A DNA stretch of 64,000 nt from Nibricoccus sp. (GTDB taxonomy: Bacteria > Verrucomicrobiota > Verrucomicrobiia > Opitutales > Opitutaceae), in contig JASGHG010000001.1 in assembly GCA_047602425.1 (NCBI GenBank), forward strand, positions 3,776,001-3,840,000. Direction: 5' to 3'. Both the position numbers and the translations under genes were made by a program. The notes under the pieces are model-generated. The model made no database searches. It had not been told where the DNA came from and worked only from the letters and a program-made list of their open reading frames with translations. Positions 36,755 through 47,479 of this stretch are shown here, in pieces (the first letter of the stretch is position 1; each line of letters opens with the position of its first letter).

Positions 36755-39700
36755 ATGAAGTTATATCAGTTTTCGCGCAATCAGTTGACTGCGATCGGAG
36801 CGATCGCGGGGGTGACTGCGTTGGTGGGCTGGGCGATCAACGGCGTGATCCCCAAGTATTTTCCCGCCGGCGATATTGTCTTTTTGACTTTGGCGGCGGT
36901 GGCCGCTGCCGGCGCGATGACCATGTTAACCAGCCAGCGTTTGTGGCGGGAATTGGATCAGCGGAACCGCGAGTTGCAGATCTCGGAGGAGCGCCATCGT
37001 TTGTTGTTGGAGCAGGCAAGTGACGCGATTCTCGTATATGAAGCGCAGACCGGTCTGATCGTGGAGGCCAACCGCGTCGCTTGCGAAGTGCTCGGTTGGA
37101 AGGAAAAAGAGGTAATCGGCCAACGTCATACCGTGCTGCATTCGCCGTCGGAGCGTGATACGATCCGCCGTTCCTTCGAGGCGCACGTGAAACATGGTGG
37201 TATCGTTGAAAACGAGATCCTCATGAAGCACCGCAACGGGGAAGTTATCCCGATGCATGCCCGCTCATCATTAGTGACGACAGGGGCAAAGCGTTATGTG
37301 CAGTCGATCTTACGCGATCTGCGACCCCGCTTGAAGGCCGAGGAAGCCTTGCGAGTTTCCGAATCGAGACTGCGCGAGATTTTCGAACGCACGCCTGTGG
37401 CAATCGTCGAAGGAGATTTCACGGCGGTCGGACGTTGGTTGCAGGAGCTACGCACCGCGGGCGTAACGGAACTGGATCTTTATCTGAAGGCGAATCCCGG
37501 AATGCTCGCCGAGCAATACGTCAACGTGAGAGTGACCGGAGCGAATCCGGCGGCTTTGCGCCTGTCACGCGTCCCCGACTTGGTCACTTACGCTCAGCGT
37601 CGACAGACCTCAATCACGCCCGAAGTATTGAAGACGTTCCAAGCCGAATTGGAGGCCATCTGGCACGGGCGTTCCGAGTTGGTCTGCGATCTGCCGCATG
37701 GACCGGGCGGAGGCAGCACGGGACCGAGCGTAATGCATTGGAGCGTGGCGAAGATCGATGACTGCCTCGACCTGCGCCGCGTGGTTGTCGTTTATTCCGA
37801 TCTGAGCGACCTGCGCGCAACCGAGGCGCGTTTGCGCGAGGTGGAGGACCGATGGGAACTCGCCGTCAAGGCGCTCAACGTCGGCATTTACGAGAAGAAT
37901 TTTGTCACTGGCGATGGTTATGTTTCGGACCGTTGGAAACAAATCCTCGGTTTTACCCCTGACGAATTGGTCGGCGGAGCCGGCGAATGGCAGGCCCGCA
38001 TCCATCCGGACGATCATGACCGCGTGATCGCGCAATTGCAGGCCCACCTGCGGGGCGAGTCCGAGTACTACCGGGCTGAATACAGACTGCTTTGCAAGGA
38101 CGGCCAATACAAGTGGGTCGAGGCCCGCGGCCGGGCTTTGTTCGACGAAAAGGGCCAGCCCCAACGCCTGATCGGCGCGCATGCCGACATCAGCGAAAAC
38201 AAAAAGGCCGACGCCGCGCTGCGTTCGTCCGAGCTGCGCTTCCGCGAACTTTTCGAACGCACTCCCGTCTCGATTCTCGAAGAGGATTTTGCCGAGGTGG
38301 GTTATTGGTTGAAACAGCAAGCCCTGAACACACGTGCAGAGCTTGAAGCGGCATTGAACGAACAGCCGGAGCTCTTGTGCGAAGGATACCGGTTGATCCG
38401 CCTGCGCGCGGCCAATCGCCATGCCATGGCTTATCTGTCGGAAGCTTCTCTCGGTGGAAGTACCCCGCGCGAAAAACTGGCGCCGCCGGCCAGTGTGTTG
38501 AGCGCGTTTCGCGAGGAGCTGATCGCCATCCTTGAAGGACGCGACGAAGTGAATGCCGAAGTGAGCTTCGTGGACGCCCGCGGTCAGGCTCATTACCAGA
38601 CTGTGCGCTGGTCGGTTGCGAGGTTGGAAGACGGTATGCTCGATCTGGGCCGGGTGCTCGTGGTCCTTGTCGATATCACTGAGATCAAGAACGCCGAGGA
38701 GAATGTCCGACAAGCCGAGGAACGCTGGGAACTCGCCGTTCGCGGCACCCAGGACGGCATCTGGGAGTTTAATCTCAGGACGCAAAAATGTTTCTATTCC
38801 GACCGCTGGAAACAGATGCTCGGATACGAACCAGATGAAATCGGCACAGGCCGCGACGAGTTGTTGACGCGCATTCATCCCGACGATCTGGGCCGCGTCA
38901 ACGACGCCTTCGAGACGCATTGCCGCGGTGCCACGGAATTTTTTCACTGCGAATTCCGGGTGCTTTGCAAAGACGGTTCGTACCGCTGGATTTTGTCGCG
39001 CGGCCAGGCCACCTTCGACGCCTCGGGCACCGCGCAACGCGTGCTCGGCTCTCACACCGACATCACCGAACGCAAGCTCGCGGAGGACGCCTTGCGCGAA
39101 AGCGAGACGCGCTTCCGCGTGCTCTTCGAGCATTCGCCGGTCGCGATTGTCGAGCAGGACTACCGCGCGATCGCGACATGGATCAAGGAGCTCCGGGAAA
39201 AAGGCGTGACCGATCTGCACGCCTACATGGATGCCAATCCCGACGAGGTCGCCCGCGTCATGGGCCTTGTGGCGGTGGTGAATTTGAATCAGGAAACGGT
39301 CCGCATGGCGCGGGCCAGCTCGAAGAAGGAACTTCTCGAAAACCTATTGCAGGTGTTCACCGCGGATTCCTTGCGGGCGCGTCGCGACGCTTTTGTCGCC
39401 GTTTGGGATGGGCGCAACGAGATCGAAGGCGAAATCACTTTGCATGCGTTGGACGGCGCCGACCGCCGCGTTTATTTCCGCTGGTGGTTGCCCAACCTCG
39501 GCGGGCGTCAGGGCTTCGAATCGACGCAGTTGGTGCTTGTCGACTTGACCGATATCCGCAGCGCCGAGGCGGCCCTGGCCGCCGAACGCGAACGCTTGCG
39601 CGTGACCTTGCGCGCCATGGCCGAATGCCTGCTCACGACCGACACGGATGGAATCGTGCAATTCATGAACGAGGTCGCCGAACGCGCCACCGGCTGGCCC

Positions 39701-41095
39701 GCCGGCACAGCCATCGGACGCGGTGTGGAACAGGTTTGTGTGCTCCGCCACGACAAGACCAGGGCCAATATCACCATGCCGATTGCGCGTTCGATCTCCG
39801 AGCACCGCGTAGTCGATTTCCCACTACATTCGACCTTGATCAACCGACAGGGCGCGCAATGCATGGTCGACGGTCGCTGCGCGCCGATGCACGACCTTGC
39901 GGGCCGGGCGATCGGTGCGGTGGTCGTTTTCCGCGATATCACCGAACGCGTTCGTCTCGAAGCCGAACTACTCCGCTCCTCCAAGTTGGAATCGGTCGGC
40001 ATCCTTGCCGGTGGCATCGCGCACGATTTTAATAACATTCTCACCGTCGTCATGGGCAACGTCACCCTCGCCATGCTCGACTCGGGCGTGATGGCTGCCG
40101 CTGGCAAATGGTTGGGCGAAGCCGAGCGCGGCGTGTTGCGTGCCCGCGAATTGACTCAGCAGCTGCTCACATTCGCCAAGGGCGGCGAACCGGTCCGCAA
40201 GACCGTGCAACTTCAGCAGATCGTCCGCGAGGTCACGGAGTTCGCCCTGCACGGCTCGAAGGTCCTTTCCGAGTTTAAATTCGACGCGGATCTCTGGGCG
40301 GCCGATGTCGATAAGAGTCAGATCGGTCAGGTCGTGCAGAATCTCGTCATCAATGCCGTGCAGGCCATGCCCGAGGGTGGCCAGGTGGTGCTTTCGATTC
40401 ACAACGAAGAGGTCACGCCCGAATCCGCCCGTCCATTGCAGGTCGGCAAATACCTGCGCTTGGAAATCGCCGACACGGGCATGGGCATCCGGGCCGAGCA
40501 TTTGCAGCGTATCTTCGATCCGTATTTCACCACCAAGCAGTCGGGCAGCGGTCTGGGGTTGGCCACGGTTTACTCGATCGTACGCCGTCACCAGGGGCAT
40601 ATCGACGTCGATTCCGAATTGGGCAAGGGCACGACGTTCTACATCTGGCTTCCCGCCGTGCCCACAGCGGCCATTCCAGAACCGGAAACTCCCGACAAAC
40701 TCATCAACATGTCCGGGCGCGTCCTTTTCATGGATGATGAAGACACGATCCGCACGGTCGCGGTCACGTTGCTCGAACGTCTCGGCTTCAAACCCGATGC
40801 TGTGGCTGACGGCGCCGCGGCGGTCGAGGCCTACAAAAAGGCCCTCAACACCGACAATCCCTACCGTCTCGTGATCATGGATCTCACCGTCCCGGGCGGC
40901 ATGGGTGGCCGCGAAGCGATGGAGGAATTGATCAAGATCGATCCGCGTGTCCGTGCGATCGTTTCCAGCGGCTACTCCAGCGATCCCGTGCTTTCGAGCT
41001 ATCGCGCCCACGGTTTCCGCGGCATGGTGCCGAAACCTTACAAGCTCACCGATCTCGCCCGCACCATACGCAGTGTGTTGGAAGAATCTGCCTGA
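36755..41095 (+). CDS. Membrane-anchored multi-PAS hybrid histidine kinase/response regulator
   Basis: Two TM helices, multiple PAS/PAC domains, AGGIAHDFNNIL (H-box), NLVINA, DTGMGI, FDPYFTTK, GLGL, and a C-terminal receiver (MDDE, MDLTVP, KPY). Confidence 0.95.
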   Translation: MKLYQFSRNQLTAIGAIAGVTALVGWAINGVIPKYFPAGDIVFLTLAAVAAAGAMTMLTSQRLWRELDQRNRELQISEERHRLLLEQASDAILVYEAQTGLIVEANRVACEVLGWKEKEVIGQRHTVLHSPSERDTIRRSFEAHVKHGGIVENEILMKHRNGEVIPMHARSSLVTTGAKRYVQSILRDLRPRLKAEEALRVSESRLREIFERTPVAIVEGDFTAVGRWLQELRTAGVTELDLYLKANPGMLAEQYVNVRVTGANPAALRLSRVPDLVTYAQRRQTSITPEVLKTFQAELEAIWHGRSELVCDLPHGPGGGSTGPSVMHWSVAKIDDCLDLRRVVVVYSDLSDLRATEARLREVEDRWELAVKALNVGIYEKNFVTGDGYVSDRWKQILGFTPDELVGGAGEWQARIHPDDHDRVIAQLQAHLRGESEYYRAEYRLLCKDGQYKWVEARGRALFDEKGQPQRLIGAHADISENKKADAALRSSELRFRELFERTPVSILEEDFAEVGYWLKQQALNTRAELEAALNEQPELLCEGYRLIRLRAANRHAMAYLSEASLGGSTPREKLAPPASVLSAFREELIAILEGRDEVNAEVSFVDARGQAHYQTVRWSVARLEDGMLDLGRVLVVLVDITEIKNAEENVRQAEERWELAVRGTQDGIWEFNLRTQKCFYSDRWKQMLGYEPDEIGTGRDELLTRIHPDDLGRVNDAFETHCRGATEFFHCEFRVLCKDGSYRWILSRGQATFDASGTAQRVLGSHTDITERKLAEDALRESETRFRVLFEHSPVAIVEQDYRAIATWIKELREKGVTDLHAYMDANPDEVARVMGLVAVVNLNQETVRMARASSKKELLENLLQVFTADSLRARRDAFVAVWDGRNEIEGEITLHALDGADRRVYFRWWLPNLGGRQGFESTQLVLVDLTDIRSAEAALAAERERLRVTLRAMAECLLTTDTDGIVQFMNEVAERATGWPAGTAIGRGVEQVCVLRHDKTRANITMPIARSISEHRVVDFPLHSTLINRQGAQCMVDGRCAPMHDLAGRAIGAVVVFRDITERVRLEAELLRSSKLESVGILAGGIAHDFNNILTVVMGNVTLAMLDSGVMAAAGKWLGEAERGVLRARELTQQLLTFAKGGEPVRKTVQLQQIVREVTEFALHGSKVLSEFKFDADLWAADVDKSQIGQVVQNLVINAVQAMPEGGQVVLSIHNEEVTPESARPLQVGKYLRLEIADTGMGIRAEHLQRIFDPYFTTKQSGSGLGLATVYSIVRRHQGHIDVDSELGKGTTFYIWLPAVPTAAIPEPETPDKLINMSGRVLFMDDEDTIRTVAVTLLERLGFKPDAVADGAAAVEAYKKALNTDNPYRLVIMDLTVPGGMGGREAMEELIKIDPRVRAIVSSGYSSDPVLSSYRAHGFRGMVPKPYKLTDLARTIRSVLEESA

Positions 41096-41098
41096 TTT

Positions 41099-42064
41099 AT
41101 GAAAAAACCGGTCACCTTTCTTTCGCTCGTTTTGTTTCTGCTTGCAGGTTCGGTCAGCATGTTTGCCGGCTTGCAGGCCGATCCGGCTGCGGTGGATCTC
41201 GGGCGCCGTCAGCAGGAACAAACCATCGCTTTCGAGGTGAAATTGGTGAACAACGGCAAGGCTCCGTTGGAAATTCTTTCCGTTAGGGCCGATTGCAGTT
41301 GCACGGCCGCGGCTCCGGGCAAACGCACGCTGGCCCCGGGCGAGAGTACGCCGCTTCAAGGTAGCGTGGAAACACGCGGTTACATCGGCCGCTTGCGGCG
41401 CAATGTCCTTGTTCAAACTTCCGCCGGCGAACTGACGATTCCCATCGATCTGAATATCTCGCTCTTCAAAAACTGGAGTCTGGAACCGTCGACAATCATC
41501 GTTCCTCCAAGTCCTAAGGGCCAGGTTGCGGAGGTGAAGGCGACGTTACAACATTTTGGAAACGGTCGCGTCCAGCTCGGCAAAATCACCTGCGCGCCCG
41601 ACTGGCTGCAGGCGGTTTCGAAAAGCGACGACGGCAAAAACTTTCAGCTGCAGTTTATCAAACCGGCCGACGCTCCGGCAGGAAACTACACGGTCAAGGT
41701 CGCCGTGGCGACGAACGATTCGGCAGAGCCAAATATTTCGTTTAATGTATTTGTTCCCATCACTTCGACGCTGCGCGTGTCGCCCAATCCCGTGGTGTTC
41801 CCAACCGTCAAGGCGGGACAAAAAACCGTGCGTGAAATCACCATCGTGGGTTGGACGGGAGGCGGCACGCCGCAGTTGGTTCTTCAGCTTGGTGAGGCTC
41901 GCTTGATCGATCACGAAAACGGCAAGTTTCGTTATGAATTGACCGTGACGCCCGCGAATCCGGGACCCTTCACGCAGTTGATGCGAGTCTACGACGGCGA
42001 CAAACTTGAGGCTGAGCTTCCTCTCATCGCCCGAGCCGAACCCGTCGAAGCGCCTAAACCGTAG
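41099..42064 (+). CDS. DUF1573-domain secreted protein
   Basis: Signal peptide, NNGKAPLEI..V..DCSCT, LAPGES. Confidence 0.85.
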   Translation: MKKPVTFLSLVLFLLAGSVSMFAGLQADPAAVDLGRRQQEQTIAFEVKLVNNGKAPLEILSVRADCSCTAAAPGKRTLAPGESTPLQGSVETRGYIGRLRRNVLVQTSAGELTIPIDLNISLFKNWSLEPSTIIVPPSPKGQVAEVKATLQHFGNGRVQLGKITCAPDWLQAVSKSDDGKNFQLQFIKPADAPAGNYTVKVAVATNDSAEPNISFNVFVPITSTLRVSPNPVVFPTVKAGQKTVREITIVGWTGGGTPQLVLQLGEARLIDHENGKFRYELTVTPANPGPFTQLMRVYDGDKLEAELPLIARAEPVEAPKP

Positions 42065-42091
42065 GTCGCGCTTTTGGTTTTTTCGCGGAAA

Positions 42092-43072
42092 TCACGGGAA
42101 TAGATCCCCGGTGTTAAAGACTGCTTGCGCGAGGCCGGCTCGCGTGACGAGCAACGGCGTAGTATCGCCTGTATTGATTGAGCTGAGCGTTTTGGCCTGA
42201 GCGGCGAGAATTGTTTCTGCATCCTCCTTCTTTTCCAAGGCCGCCGGAAAAAATGCGGCAAGGCGTGCCGCAGCGGCATCGGGGCTCGCCAGCACATTTT
42301 CCTTTTCCATCAGGAGCACGCTCATTGTGGAGATAAACGCGTCGCGTCGGGTCAGTTCCCGTTGCGACAGCACTGAGGCCACAACAGCCAGGGTGAGCGC
42401 GCGGTTCCTGTCGTTGACTTTGAAATAGAGCGCCGGGCCAAGGTCGCGGTTTTTGAAATTTTCCTTCGTGAGTTTTTCGAGGAGGTCGATGCACGATGGA
42501 CAATCGAAGCTAAGAATAACGGCCGGACTGCGCGGATGGATTTTGCCGAGCCAGGGCAGGGCGCTTGCCTTGTCCGCGAGCGTGGCAAGTTGCGCGGGTT
42601 GCGCCGTACCGGATTGCGCTTGGTGATTGGCGTGGGTTCGGGCCAGCTGAAATCCGCCACCTGCCAGCGCCAGGGCAAGGACGGCCATCCAAACACGCGG
42701 CCGTTCATGGTGCAGAAATAGGGCGCCCCACGCGGCGACGGCGTGCAGCGTGCAGTACAGGCAAAAACCCCGCAGAACAAAAAATTGGATCACCATGAAA
42801 AACGCGGCTCCGCCCGCCAGCATCAGCAGGAATACATCGCGTTTGTCCTTGTTCGGAATAAAAATGACACCGAACCAGAGTAGCGCGGCATAAACGCCGA
42901 CAGGCACGTGGAGAATCGAGCCGAACTTGCTGTAGAGAATTGTCTGGCAATTTCCCGGGCCGACGCAGGGCAGGGCGAAAAATTTCAACAACGCGAGATA
43001 AACCGCCAGCGCGAGACCTAGGGTATAACAGATGGTTGCGAAGGTATGCTTGAGCGGGTGGGGCAGGGTCAT
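42092..43072 (-). CDS. Vitamin K epoxide reductase (VKOR) family protein with C-terminal thioredoxin-like CxxC domain
   Basis: PC...NC..IL.SKF, FCLYC and several TM helices; DCPSC in the soluble tail. Confidence 0.8.
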   Translation of the reverse strand: MTLPHPLKHTFATICYTLGLALAVYLALLKFFALPCVGPGNCQTILYSKFGSILHVPVGVYAALLWFGVIFIPNKDKRDVFLLMLAGGAAFFMVIQFFVLRGFCLYCTLHAVAAWGALFLHHERPRVWMAVLALALAGGGFQLARTHANHQAQSGTAQPAQLATLADKASALPWLGKIHPRSPAVILSFDCPSCIDLLEKLTKENFKNRDLGPALYFKVNDRNRALTLAVVASVLSQRELTRRDAFISTMSVLLMEKENVLASPDAAAARLAAFFPAALEKKEDAETILAAQAKTLSSINTGDTTPLLVTRAGLAQAVFNTGDLFP

Positions 43073-43193
43073 TGGCGTACGTGGGCAGTGTGCAGGGTTG
43101 CGCGTGGTGTTCAATCCCGGGGTTGCCGGAATGTGGCGATGCCCCCCGGTGGTTTAGATTGACGTGTTCGTTCGGCTCACTTCCACCTTTTGC

Positions 43194-43874
43194 ATGCTAC
43201 CGCTCTGGGACGATGCTCCGCGCCGCCGACCGGCTACTTTCACTGTGCTTCTCATCGCCGCCAATCTCGGTGTTTTTACGTACGAGGTCGTATTGGCCGC
43301 GCAGGGAGGCAACGCGCTGGCGACCTTTATGGGGGAAAACGCGCTCGTGCCAAAACGCTTGCTCGCCAGCCTCGACGACCTTGGGCAATGGCGCACGGTC
43401 TTGAGTTCGATGTTTCTTCACGGTGGCGTGGCGCACGTGTTGGGGAACTGCTGGTTCCTTTGGATCTTCGGGAAGAACGTGGAAGACCGACTCGGACCGG
43501 CGCGCTATCTATTATTCTACTTGTTGTCGGGCTTCGGAGCCGCGGCATTGCAGGTGGCGATGAGTGCACAGTCAACCGTCCCCATGGTTGGGGCGAGCGG
43601 GGCGATTTCCGGCGTGCTGGGCGGATATTTGGCGCTGTTTCCGACGGCATGGATTTTCACGCTGGTACCTTGGGTGGTGCCGATCGTGCCGCTGCCGGCA
43701 TTTGTGTTATTGCTCGTTTGGTTCGGTTTGCAGGCGCTCAATGGCGTGGGTTCTCTGGTTGATGAAACTTCGGTTCGTGGCGGCGTGGCCTGGTGGGCCC
43801 ACGCGGGCGGTTTTTTAACCGGGCTGGGGCTTATGCTCTGGTTGAAAAGCCAGCGTTGGCTCCGCAAGCGTTGA
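43194..43874 (+). CDS. Rhomboid intramembrane serine protease
   Basis: SMFLHGG..H..GN, FGKNVED, VGASGAISG, WWAHAGGF. Confidence 0.93.
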   Translation: MLPLWDDAPRRRPATFTVLLIAANLGVFTYEVVLAAQGGNALATFMGENALVPKRLLASLDDLGQWRTVLSSMFLHGGVAHVLGNCWFLWIFGKNVEDRLGPARYLLFYLLSGFGAAALQVAMSAQSTVPMVGASGAISGVLGGYLALFPTAWIFTLVPWVVPIVPLPAFVLLLVWFGLQALNGVGSLVDETSVRGGVAWWAHAGGFLTGLGLMLWLKSQRWLRKR

Positions 43875-43974
43875 GATTTTAGGTCTAATAGCTGTTTCTT
43901 GCCTTGATGGGGTGCAGTGGTTTGCGCAAAAAATGAAACCAACCGCCAAAACCGTGGTCCATCTGCCTCCTCAA

Positions 43975-44370
43975 ATGAAAATCTCCAAGCTCATCTCCTG
44001 CCGCACTCTGCTCGCGTCTTTTCTCGCCCTCGCGGGCCTTCAATCCGGTTGCTCGACCGTCGTCGACACCACCACGCCCGGCGCCGTCATTTATGTGCGC
44101 GGCGAGTTGCAGGCCAATTTTGACCGCCGCTTCGACGTGGTCTCCCGGACGGCCAATAAGGCCCTCACCGAGCTCCAATTTTCCAAGATCGAGGAGAAGA
44201 AAGACGCACTCGTCGCGATCCTTGAGGTCCGCACCGCCGAGGACGTTCGTATTTACGTCAAAGTCGAAAAACAATCCGAGTCGCTCACCAGCGTCCGCAT
44301 TCGCGCCGGCACCCTCGGCAACGAAAAACTTTCGTACGCCATCTTCAACAAGATCAAAGAGCTCCTGTGA
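43975..44370 (+). CDS. DUF3568-like lipoprotein
   Basis: LQSGC lipobox; YVRGEL, VRIRAGTLGNE. Confidence 0.7.
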   Translation: MKISKLISCRTLLASFLALAGLQSGCSTVVDTTTPGAVIYVRGELQANFDRRFDVVSRTANKALTELQFSKIEEKKDALVAILEVRTAEDVRIYVKVEKQSESLTSVRIRAGTLGNEKLSYAIFNKIKELL

Positions 44371-44736
44371 GCCGAACGATGCCTTTGAGGTAGAGCGCAT
44401 TGACCTGGCAGTCCGCCATAATTCGCTGACAAGTTCCGCCAGAGTTTCGCTCACACTTTCCGAAGTCCGAGTCCTTCCCATGGGAAGCGGGGAGGCAGGG
44501 AGGGGCGCAGCCCCTCCCTCTCCGAACCTAGTGCGATGACAAGTGCTGGGAGGCAATGCTCACCAAAACGAGTCGGTGGAAGTAAACGTGGTAACCGCCG
44601 GCCGTACGTTTGCATCCTACTGACGTTTGCCGGCTAAGTGAATATCACCATTGAGCCGAACCGTTCGCACCAGCCAACCGTTTGGATAGACCGGCACCAG
44701 CAGCGGCGGCAATGGGCTGGGTTGTGGCCGGTAGCG

Positions 44737-45600
44737 TGAGCTTGCCCCGAAAAAGTGGACAGGAGGTTGGGCGATATGGTTGAGGGGTTAATTGATTTGG
44801 TTTTCGAAGTCGACAGGAGAGATGAAGCCGAGGGCAGAATGGCGGCGTTCTCGGTTATAAAAATGGATACAATCGAAGATCGCTACGCGGGCTTGCTGGT
44901 GGGTGGCGAAGCGTTGGCGATAGACGCATTCGGTTTTGAGCGTGCCCCAGCCTGATTCCATCATGGCGTTGTCGTAGCAGTTGCCGCGGCGGCTCATGCT
45001 TTGAAGTACACCAGCCTGGGTTAAAGCGCTTCGATACGTTTGGCTGGCGTACGCCGCGGTCGGAGTGCAACAGCAAGCCGGGTTTGGGGTGGCGTTGGGC
45101 ATAAGCGTGGCGCCAGGCATCGAGCACAAGTTGAGTGTCGATTTTCTCGCTCATGGCCCAGCCAACCAGGCGGCGGCTGCAATAATCTTTGATCGCGGCC
45201 AGGTACAGCCAGCCTTCGTCGGTTGGGATGTAGGTGATGTCGCTGACCCAGGTTTGAGTGGCCGGTTTGGCTTCTTTGAGGCGGTTGGGGGCGATCGGCT
45301 CGTCGTGATCGCTTTGGGTGGTTTTCACACGGCGGCGTCTGGGTCCGCAGCCGCGAAGGCCGGCTTTACGCATGAGCCTGGCGATGCGTTTGCGGCTGGT
45401 GTTTTCTTTTCGCTGGCGCAGGGCCTGGTGCAGGCGGGGTACCCAGTAGGTGCCGCGGCTTTGGCGAAACTCGGCTTGGATTAGGCCGAGTAGTTCGGCA
45501 TCGCGGCGGGCGCGCGGGCTGGACTGCTCTCGCCGGATTTGCCAGCGGTAATAGCCGCTGCGGGACACCTCAAAGCTCTCGCAGAGTACTTTGGCGGCAG
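44737..45600 (-). mobile_element. Truncated IS3-family insertion sequence (right IR and orfB only)
   Basis: IS3-type end TGAGCTTGCCCCGAAAAAGTGGACA (44737-44761); orfB homology extends to about 45600; no orfA or left IR seen. Confidence 0.85.
44788..45600 (-). pseudogene. IS3 transposase OrfB, frameshifted and 5'-truncated
   Basis: VSRSGYY, RKRIARLMR, WVSDITYI, HSDRG then a frameshift near 45052 into YASQTY...SMSRRGNCYDNA..ES..GTLKTE..YNRERRHSALG. Confidence 0.88.
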
Positions 45601-45710
45601 GGCTGCGTGTATCGCGATATCACCTCACGCGAGCGGACGAGCTGGGACGTGGGATCCTCTTGTCTTCCCGCTTGCGCCGCCCGGCCTAAATCGCGTCTGC
45701 TCACGACCTG

Positions 45711-46307
45711 TTGAAAAACGGTTCACCAACTCCCGCCCTGATTCTTGCCTCCGCGTCGCCGCGTCGGAAACAGCTGCTTTCCGAACTTGGCCTCAAGTTC
45801 GACATCGTGGTTGCGCAAATCACGGAGCACGAGGATCCCGACACCGACCCGCGTCACATGGTCACGCATAACGCTGCGCTCAAGGCCGACTGGGTGGCCG
45901 TGCGTCACCCCGACGCGTGGGTATTGGGGGCCGACACGACGGTTTTCATCGATAATCAAGTACTCAACAAGCCCGCCGATCTCGTCGAGGCGCGAGCCAT
46001 GTTGAAACGACTTTCCGGCCGCACGCACACGGTTTTTACCGGCGTCGCGGTGCGCCATAAACATCGCGGCGTCGCCATCGATCACGGCGTCACGAGCGAG
46101 GTAACGTTTAAGGCTTTCGACGACGCCGTGGTGGACGCCTATTTTCGCGTGGTCAACCCGCTCGACAAGGCCGGCGCCTACGGGATTCAGGAAGGCCGGG
46201 AGCTGATCATCGCCGGCTGGGAAGGCTCGTTTACGAATATTATGGGCCTCCCGATGGAAGCGACGAAACAAATTTTGTCTGATTGCGGTCTCCTAGGCTC
46301 ACCCTAA
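45711..46307 (+). CDS. maf: Maf nucleotide pyrophosphatase
   Basis: LILASASPRR, LGADT, KP, LSGRTH, DKAGAYGIQ, NIMGLP. Confidence 0.95.
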   Translation: MKNGSPTPALILASASPRRKQLLSELGLKFDIVVAQITEHEDPDTDPRHMVTHNAALKADWVAVRHPDAWVLGADTTVFIDNQVLNKPADLVEARAMLKRLSGRTHTVFTGVAVRHKHRGVAIDHGVTSEVTFKAFDDAVVDAYFRVVNPLDKAGAYGIQEGRELIIAGWEGSFTNIMGLPMEATKQILSDCGLLGSP

Positions 46308-46324
46308 AGTCCAGCACGCCATTC

Positions 46325-47479
46325 ATGAGCCAGATTTCCGGCCCGACACCGCTTAAAAAAACGCCACGCACTCGCAATGTGAAGTGGTCACCCGGACGCG
46401 ACGAATTTGATCCGCGCTCTGTGATCTTTGGCGTGCTGCTCGCGGCCCTAATCTGGCCGACACTCCTGCTTCTGCTTTGGCTGGCCACGCGTCATCTTGG
46501 CAACGAAACCATCGATCCCTCACTGAAAGTCGCCCGCGCTAAGCCCAAGTTCGAGGTCAGCGTGGTTGATGATTTTATAATGCCGAGCAAGCCGCAGAAA
46601 CCGCCGCTGCAATTTGTCGAAACCAATCCTGAGGCTCCGGAAAATATTCCTGACAAAACCAATAACTTCGGCGCGCGAAATACGCAGGCTTCCCAGGAAA
46701 AGCCAAATCCCGACGCCAACGGGGATCGTGCTGCGACCGAGGGAAAGAAAGATTTTCAGAGCAACCAAGTGGTGAATGGCGAACTGCAACCTCCGCGTGA
46801 GGCTCCGCCCCCCGAACCACCGCCTACACCCGAAATCGCCGCTGCCCTCGAGAAGGCTAGCGCGGCCAACAAAGCCGAAAATCCGCTACCCGGTGTGGAA
46901 AAAATGGAAGGGCTGAATCCAAACGGCTTTGGCATGAACAAGGCCGAAAATTCCGATAACGTCACCAAGTCAGACCAAAAAGTAGAAGGCGTGAAGGATG
47001 CTCCATTAACCGTTGGCCAGATGTCGCCCTCGCAGCCGCGTATTGATCCTCGCAAACCGCAACCACGATTGCGCCTCGACAAGCCAAACACCCGCCCCGC
47101 CATTTTTCAGGAGAATAAACTGGGAAGCAGAAACAACGGCCCCGCCTCATTTGACAGCCGTTGGAGTGACTACGGCGCCTATCTCTCGCGCATGAGCGAA
47201 GCTGTCCAGATGCAATGGGAGCACATGCTTTTTCAAAGTGGTATCAAGCCACCAAATGGTTCGGTGGTGGTGGTCAAGTTCCGGATGGATAAGACAGGCG
47301 CAATTGCGGAAATAATCGAAACCCCCGCGACCAACACGGGGGGAACGCAGTATCAAAGCATCTGCGTGACCGCGATGACTTCGCGCGCGCCTTACGGCGT
47401 TTGGACGGATGATATGGTTGCGATACTTGGCGATTCGCAAGTTATGACGTGGACGTTCTATTATGGGGATCCCCCGTGA
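46325..47479 (+). CDS. TonB/TolA-like protein (TM anchor, Pro-rich linker, C-terminal TonB_2-like domain)
   Basis: Single TM, a long P/K/N-rich region, then Y..RM..AVQ.QW, VVVKFRMDKTG, APYG. Confidence 0.6.
   Translation: MSQISGPTPLKKTPRTRNVKWSPGRDEFDPRSVIFGVLLAALIWPTLLLLLWLATRHLGNETIDPSLKVARAKPKFEVSVVDDFIMPSKPQKPPLQFVETNPEAPENIPDKTNNFGARNTQASQEKPNPDANGDRAATEGKKDFQSNQVVNGELQPPREAPPPEPPPTPEIAAALEKASAANKAENPLPGVEKMEGLNPNGFGMNKAENSDNVTKSDQKVEGVKDAPLTVGQMSPSQPRIDPRKPQPRLRLDKPNTRPAIFQENKLGSRNNGPASFDSRWSDYGAYLSRMSEAVQMQWEHMLFQSGIKPPNGSVVVVKFRMDKTGAIAEIIETPATNTGGTQYQSICVTAMTSRAPYGVWTDDMVAILGDSQVMTWTFYYGDPP

Noticed and set aside
37610..41416. Long minus-strand ORFs (536 aa, 482 aa) and many similar antisense ORFs across the window
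   Set aside because: They overlap well-supported genes on the other strand and have no motifs; such ORFs are expected in high-GC DNA.
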